Positions 58,693 through 64,000 of a stretch of DNA of 64,000 nt are shown piece after piece; positions within the stretch are counted from its first letter, which is position 1, and every line of letters begins with the position of its first letter. Location of the stretch: the NCBI GenBank assembly GCA_049968515.1, contig JBMFQR010000005.1, forward strand, positions 11,809-75,808, in the 5' to 3' direction. Below the pieces are notes generated by a model that saw only the letters and a list, made by a program, of their open reading frames with translations, searched no databases and was not told where the DNA came from. Made by a program: the position numbers and the translations under genes. The DNA comes from Brevinematia bacterium. Lineage in GTDB: Bacteria; Spirochaetota; Brevinematia; Brevinematales; JAOACQ01.

Positions 58693-58827
58693 ATTTTTCT
58701 CCTACTTTTTGCTTTACATTTTATTTAATCGGAAAAATTAAAAATCGGTTTATTTTTTTTCAATTTTTTTCTTGATTTAATTTATTTTTATTTTAAAATT
58801 AATTTAGCTGTAATACAGAGGTCCTTT

Positions 58828-60396
58828 ATGAAAAGTATTTTTTTAAAATCTTCCATAGGAAGGACGTTTTTAGTCCTTCCAGATTTTCCCGAAAATGAGC
58901 CCTCAAGTACTCCTTACATCATATTCTTTGACAAAGAAAATATGCTAAGGTATTTTGAACTCAAAGAATATTACCTTGAAAAGCACAAAGCCTTTTATGC
59001 TCTACCAAGACCAATCGGTATAGAAAAACTCACAGGAAGCTGGAATTACTTCTTTGTTGTTCTTCTTGACTCAGAAGAGATAAAAGAGTTTTTTGTTACA
59101 AAGATTTTCCCCAAAATGAACATTACAGAATTTCCCGACTATCTTGTACTGATAGAAGAAAGTCCAAACTCGGAAAGTCTTGTGATTGAAGCAAACAAAA
59201 GATTTTGTACTCTCTTTTATATCGAAGTGGCTGATAAACTTATACCAATTTCATATGCACCTTTCAATTACACACGTCAGGAATTTTCTTCATATAACAA
59301 CCACAAAACCATTCTTTCACTTGGCAATGCAAGAAATTTCACAATGTCATATCTGAAAAACGGAGAGCTTACAATCTCACCAAACTTCGGTGAGCTTTCA
59401 AATCTTTACGAAATTGATGCAATGGAATTTCTTGTAGCTTCGATTGTAGGTAAGGAGAAGAAAGACCTTTTTGTCCTTCAGGAAGAGGATTCTTATTCCA
59501 TCGTAAATGATTTTTCCACAAGAATCAGCAGACTTCAAAACATAAAGCATTTAAATCATATCAATTCACATTTTGCCAATCTGCTTTATGACAACAATAT
59601 TACTAAAAGTGAGATGATATGCATAGTGTATGATAATATTAGCTATAATTCAAGAGATGAGATTGTAGGCAGTGAATTTGTCTATGGTAATCTTAAAAAT
59701 ATGAAGGTTGCAGGAAAATGGAAGCCATTACCCCTACCGGGTGGAGATATTGCGAATGTAGAACCATGGAGAATAGCACTTGCTGCAATCAAAGAAGTAA
59801 TAAATGACGAACTTGATACTCTTGATCTATCAATTGTAAAAAATATAAAGGATAATCCCCATTATAGCTATATATTCAATGCAATAAACAAAAAGGTTAT
59901 ATCCTACTCTCTAACCTCAAGCATGCACCACATTATTGCTGCAATTGGAGAAATATTATTTTTTGAGGAAAATGTTAAAAATTTTGATTTCTTCGAGCTT
60001 ATGCTTGATGATACAATTAAAAACAACATTATGGAAAATTATGAAGTTAAAATCTATAAAGATGACGGAATTTATTTAATTGATACATATGAATTAATAA
60101 AGAAAATCATTCTTGATATATTTGAAGGAAAAGATAAAAGAGAGATATTTTCCAAAGCTTTGCAGTCAATTCTCTCAAATACACTGGAACTCGTAAAGAT
60201 TATTTCAAAAGAAACATCTATAAAATCAGTGGGTTTAACAGGAGAGGTATTTAAGCATCCAAATATATTAAAATCAACACTCGAAATACTCCAGAAAAAC
60301 AAGTTTGAGGTTTATCTACCACAAAAGATACCACTTGATGATTCATCGCTTTCAGTTGGTCAAATTTTATCATTTTTATTTTCTGATGAAAGCTGA
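58828..60396 (+). CDS. Hypothetical protein with a HypF/Kae1-like C-terminal tail
   Basis: 522 aa. The last ~55 aa (VGLTGEVFKHPNIL...LPQKIPLDDSSLSVGQ) resemble the LSGGVFQN...P.NDGG.SLGQ end of HypF carbamoyltransferases. No acylphosphatase, Zn-finger or YrdC parts are seen. Confidence 0.5.
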   Translation: MKSIFLKSSIGRTFLVLPDFPENEPSSTPYIIFFDKENMLRYFELKEYYLEKHKAFYALPRPIGIEKLTGSWNYFFVVLLDSEEIKEFFVTKIFPKMNITEFPDYLVLIEESPNSESLVIEANKRFCTLFYIEVADKLIPISYAPFNYTRQEFSSYNNHKTILSLGNARNFTMSYLKNGELTISPNFGELSNLYEIDAMEFLVASIVGKEKKDLFVLQEEDSYSIVNDFSTRISRLQNIKHLNHINSHFANLLYDNNITKSEMICIVYDNISYNSRDEIVGSEFVYGNLKNMKVAGKWKPLPLPGGDIANVEPWRIALAAIKEVINDELDTLDLSIVKNIKDNPHYSYIFNAINKKVISYSLTSSMHHIIAAIGEILFFEENVKNFDFFELMLDDTIKNNIMENYEVKIYKDDGIYLIDTYELIKKIILDIFEGKDKREIFSKALQSILSNTLELVKIISKETSIKSVGLTGEVFKHPNILKSTLEILQKNKFEVYLPQKIPLDDSSLSVGQILSFLFSDES

Positions 60397-60430
60397 TTGC
60401 TATTTGCATTGGAAATCAAGGGGCAACATC

Positions 60431-61558
60431 TCAATTTCTGAATGTTTGACGGCAGAGTGTCAATATTAGATTGACAAGGGCTTCAAGGTCATCTACTTCA
60501 ATATACTCATCTGTACTGTGAACATTCATCATTCCAGTAGAAATTGTCACACACTTTATGCCATTCTGATTATATATATTTGTATTGCTACCACCGCAGC
60601 TTTTTTCATATACTGGCTTTATACCCATTGATTTCAATGCCTTTCTCACAAACTTTATCACATCATCATTCCTTTCAAACTTAAAACCCTTGTAAAGTTC
60701 CCTTAGCTCAAGCTCTATACCTATAGCATATTTTTTAAAATTGTCAACAATCTGAACAACCTCACTTTTCACCTTCTCCAGATCAAAAAGATTGATAGAA
60801 CGAAATTCTCCTGTAATTTCACATTCATCGGGTACAATATTTGTAGCCTTTCCTCCTTCGATAACTCCAACATTAGCAACAGTGTTTCTGTTAACCCTGC
60901 CTTGTGGAAGCTTTGCTACAATCCTTGCCGCTATCTTTATAGCATTTATGCCCTTTTCTGGTTCTATTCCTGCGTGACTTGCTTTTCCTTTTACCCTTAT
61001 CGTATACTTATAATGATATGGGGCAGAAATCACAATCCTTCCGACCTTACCATGAGAATCAAGTACAAACCCGAAGTCTGGCTTTATGACAGAAAAATCA
61101 AAATGCTGAATACCCACAAGTCCTATTTCCTCGGCAGAGGTAAAAATAAAATATAAATCCCCATGAGGAAAATTTTCCCCAAGAATTTTATTTATAGCAA
61201 CCAGCATGGCAGCAACAGCAGCCTTATCATCAGCTGCAAGTATAGTATCTTTTGAACTTTCTATCCTTCCCTTCTCTCTGTCAATCAATGGCTTTATTTC
61301 CCTACCAGGTTCAACGGTATCAACATGAGCATCAAAAAATATTGAAGTGGCATTCTCAGTATTCGCCGGAATCTTAACAATAAGATTTGCAGATTTTTTT
61401 CCTATCTCTTCTACAGAATAGCTCTGCAAAACCTTCTTTAGATTTAAACCCTCAAGCCTTTGAAGAATATAATCAAAAACCTTCTCCTCCTCAAAGGAGA
61501 GACTATCAATTTTTACAAGATTAATAAACTCATTGATTATAGTTTCTCTTAATGACAT
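60431..61558 (-). CDS. M20-family metallopeptidase (tripeptidase/PepT-like)
   Basis: FFDAHVDTV, AADDKAAVA and SAEEIGLVG motifs, with a dimerisation-domain insert. Confidence 0.8.
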   Translation of the reverse strand: MSLRETIINEFINLVKIDSLSFEEEKVFDYILQRLEGLNLKKVLQSYSVEEIGKKSANLIVKIPANTENATSIFFDAHVDTVEPGREIKPLIDREKGRIESSKDTILAADDKAAVAAMLVAINKILGENFPHGDLYFIFTSAEEIGLVGIQHFDFSVIKPDFGFVLDSHGKVGRIVISAPYHYKYTIRVKGKASHAGIEPEKGINAIKIAARIVAKLPQGRVNRNTVANVGVIEGGKATNIVPDECEITGEFRSINLFDLEKVKSEVVQIVDNFKKYAIGIELELRELYKGFKFERNDDVIKFVRKALKSMGIKPVYEKSCGGSNTNIYNQNGIKCVTISTGMMNVHSTDEYIEVDDLEALVNLILTLCRQTFRN

Positions 61559-61595
61559 AGATTTATCCTTATACTGAATTGCTTACTTTCTATTA

Positions 61596-62276
61596 TTATA
61601 CTTTTCTTTTTTTACATAACCATTCTGCCAGTAATAAATCCTCTCTTGTTGTAATCTTTATATTTTTCTCTTCGCCCTGAATTACATAAACTTTCTCACC
61701 GGCAAATCTTATAAGTTGTGAATCGTCGGTAAAATCAATCTTTTTCTCTCTGAAAGCTCTTTCATGAGCATCAAAAATAAGTCCAAACTCAAAGACCTGT
61801 GGCGTCTGAATCAAAAAAAGCTCTTCCCTATATAAGTATCCCTCAACATTGCCATTTTTAACCCTTGCAATTGTTGAAGTTAATGGTAAAGCAGGGATTA
61901 CAGCCTTTTTTTCCAGAACATTGACAAAAAGTCTTCTCATTAAATCCTTTGAAAACAAAGGCCTTGAGCCATCATGTATTGCAACATAATCTATGCCAGC
62001 ATTTTTTAGACTTAAAAGGCCATTTCTTACAGAAAGCTGTCTTGTCTCTCCCCCATCGGTAATCATAACATCAAACTTTCCCCGAATAATCTCATTCTTT
62101 AACAATTCAATATAATCCCGATGGCAAACAACTACAACAAAATCAACTTCGTTTAAGAACTTTTCTATACTATAAGAAAGAATTGCTTTTCCGCAAAGTT
62201 TCACAAATTGCTTTGGGAGATTTCCACCAAACCTCTTACCACTACCACCAGCAAGAACTATGGCAGCAGTCTTCAT
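61596..62276 (-). CDS. ispD: 2-C-methyl-D-erythritol 4-phosphate cytidylyltransferase
   Basis: AAIVLAGGSGKRFGGNLPKQF and VAIHDGSRP. Confidence 0.85.
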   Translation of the reverse strand: MKTAAIVLAGGSGKRFGGNLPKQFVKLCGKAILSYSIEKFLNEVDFVVVVCHRDYIELLKNEIIRGKFDVMITDGGETRQLSVRNGLLSLKNAGIDYVAIHDGSRPLFSKDLMRRLFVNVLEKKAVIPALPLTSTIARVKNGNVEGYLYREELFLIQTPQVFEFGLIFDAHERAFREKKIDFTDDSQLIRFAGEKVYVIQGEEKNIKITTREDLLLAEWLCKKRKV

Positions 62277-62632
62277 TTTTGAGGCAAAGGGAGATTAAGA
62301 TTGGTATCAACCTCAGCAGAAGCAGAACTCTGAGTTTCTGCAGACTGGGACTGCTCCTTTGTTTCTTTAAGTCTTTCTGCGGCTCTTGCCCTCTCATAAA
62401 ACTTAAACTCTCTTACCTTTATATATCCAAGCAAAAATGCTAAAAAGAAAAATATACCCACAAGCCATTTGGTAATCTTTATAAGAACCTCGTTCGTCTT
62501 TGCACCAAAAACACCCATTGCAAAATCACTCCCAAACATTCCAGATTGTGCACCACTTCCAGTCTGCATAAGTATCAATGGAATAAGGAGTAAAACTACC
62601 AATATAAAGATTACAAGCAAAAATGTATACAT
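62273..62632 (-). CDS. secG: Preprotein translocase subunit SecG (with extended C-terminus)
   Basis: Two TM helices with LILMQTGSGAQSGMFG motif. 4-nt overlap with ispD. Confidence 0.75.
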   Translation of the reverse strand: MYTFLLVIFILVVLLLIPLILMQTGSGAQSGMFGSDFAMGVFGAKTNEVLIKITKWLVGIFFFLAFLLGYIKVREFKFYERARAAERLKETKEQSQSAETQSSASAEVDTNLNLPLPQK

Positions 62633-62797
62633 TTAACATCCTCCAGAAATCTTGCTACTTTAGATTTTACCACATTTAGAATTTTATGTAAAATATTTGC
62701 AAAATCACATAAAACTTTCCACAACAAACGTTTGGGATTAAGATAATAATTTGACAAACTCCAGAGAATAATATAAATTAATCGAGGAGTCATAAAT

Positions 62798-64000
62798 TTG
62801 AAGCACAAAAAAAATGGCAATGAAACTCTTGACATAATAGCGGATTTCATCTTAAGGCTTTATGAACTTTCCTACATAGAAAGGTGGAATGACTCTCCAA
62901 AGCCATTTCAGATTACAGAGCTTGATAAACAGGCACATAAAGCCATCATCGTATATCTTGTTGCTCATTTTGAGGAACAGAAAAACACAAAGATAGACTG
63001 GCTTTATTTAATTAAAGGGATTATATTTGAGGCACTTTACCGCTCTGTCCTCACAGATATAAAGCCACAGGTTTATTACAGAATAATGGCAGAGAAAAAG
63101 AATGAAATACATCGTTATGTCACAAAAAAATTAGAAAGAGAACTCTTATTATTCGATAAAAGTGAGTTTGATGACTATTTCTCTTCAGAGAATAAGCTGG
63201 AAAAAAGAATTATAAAAGCCGCACATTTTCTTTCAACATACTGGGAATTTGAAATGATATATTCGATGGGTATCAGGTTTTATGGAATAGATGAAATCAG
63301 AAAAAACATAGAGGAAACAATAGAAGACTTTTTTGACCTTATAGGTGTAGAAAGAATATATCTCAAAAAGAAAAGCTTTAATTTTGTAGACATTATAGGA
63401 CAGCTAAGATTTCAGAAAAGATGGATACAATCACCGAGAGTACCAGTAACAACTGTGCTCGGACATATGTTTGTGGTCGCCTGCCTCTCTTTCATTCTCT
63501 CATATAAAAAAGAGTTCTGTAACAAAAGAATTTACAATAATTTCTTTGCTGCACTCTTTCATGATATACCCGAGGTTGCCACAAGAGATATAGTCTCCCC
63601 GGTAAAAAAAGAGGCCGACCTCGAGAAGGTGATAAAAAATTATGAAAAAGAACAGGTTGAGGAAAGAATCATTCCTTTGCTTCCAGACTTTCTTCATCAG
63701 GAATTCAAATATCTTATGGGCATTATAGATGAAAAAACCTTTGATGAATTTTCAAACAGAATCATAAAAAATGGTAAGGCATTAAGATGTGAAGAGATCA
63801 ATCCTTCTGAAAATAGAGAAGAGTTTTCCCCTATTGATGGAGATTTAATAAAGATCTGTGATAAAATCGCTGCTTTTACTGAGGCCAGTCTTTCGATACA
63901 CCATGGTCTTAAATCCAGACATCTTGAAGAAGGAATGACATCGGTCTACAAAAAGCTTAAAGGAAGCGAATATGAACCAATGCTTTCTGCATTCTTAAAA
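62798..64000 (+). CDS. HD-domain phosphohydrolase (YfbR-like), 3'-truncated by the window; absent from the supplied ORF track
   Basis: Hand translation from TTG 62798 (GAGGAG RBS at 62784-62789) is open for 401 codons to the window end. Contains VLGHM...FHDIPE...TRDI, an HD motif. Confidence 0.65.
   Translation, partial: MKHKKNGNETLDIIADFILRLYELSYIERWNDSPKPFQITELDKQAHKAIIVYLVAHFEEQKNTKIDWLYLIKGIIFEALYRSVLTDIKPQVYYRIMAEKKNEIHRYVTKKLERELLLFDKSEFDDYFSSENKLEKRIIKAAHFLSTYWEFEMIYSMGIRFYGIDEIRKNIEETIEDFFDLIGVERIYLKKKSFNFVDIIGQLRFQKRWIQSPRVPVTTVLGHMFVVACLSFILSYKKEFCNKRIYNNFFAALFHDIPEVATRDIVSPVKKEADLEKVIKNYEKEQVEERIIPLLPDFLHQEFKYLMGIIDEKTFDEFSNRIIKNGKALRCEEINPSENREEFSPIDGDLIKICDKIAAFTEASLSIHHGLKSRHLEEGMTSVYKKLKGSEYEPMLSAFLK

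Overview
AT-rich bacterial chromosomal window with about 55 protein genes, one tRNA, and no CRISPR array, transposase, integrase or recognisable defence system. A FlaA flagellar-sheath homolog, a spiro-SPASM protein and a tamB-bamA-skp operon point to a spirochete-like lineage (inference). Most genes are housekeeping: M18 and M20 peptidases, hflX, dut, LemA/TPM, leuCD, thiE, RNase R family, cysK/metY behind an Rrf2 regulator, uvrA, truA, ispD and secG. There is also a beta-glucan theme: a GH16 laminarinase with CBMs, a lipoprotein carrying a paralogous CBM, and a sugar-sensor/LuxR hybrid regulator. Signals worth a second look: (1) A roughly 390-nt ORF-free, GC-enriched, highly structured RNA candidate lies between an O-methyltransferase gene and leuC. 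I could not match it to RNase P, tmRNA, SRP or T-box. Its 3' module recurs at the extreme 5' edge of the window, upstream of the M18 aminopeptidase, and contains mutually exclusive hairpins typical of a riboswitch expression platform. (2) A perfect 11-bp tandem duplication frameshifts a Tam-like methyltransferase; removing one copy restores a longer C-terminus ending in a TAATG overlap with the next gene. (3) Four decaying copies of the first ~19 nt of tRNA-Thr plus its upstream hairpin form a tandem array. (4) An orphan plus-strand terminator marks a candidate sRNA. (5) A consensus promoter plus palindromic operator sits in front of the Rrf2-cysK-metY operon. All calls rest on reading the sequence and on remembered family motifs. 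No database search or folding program was run.
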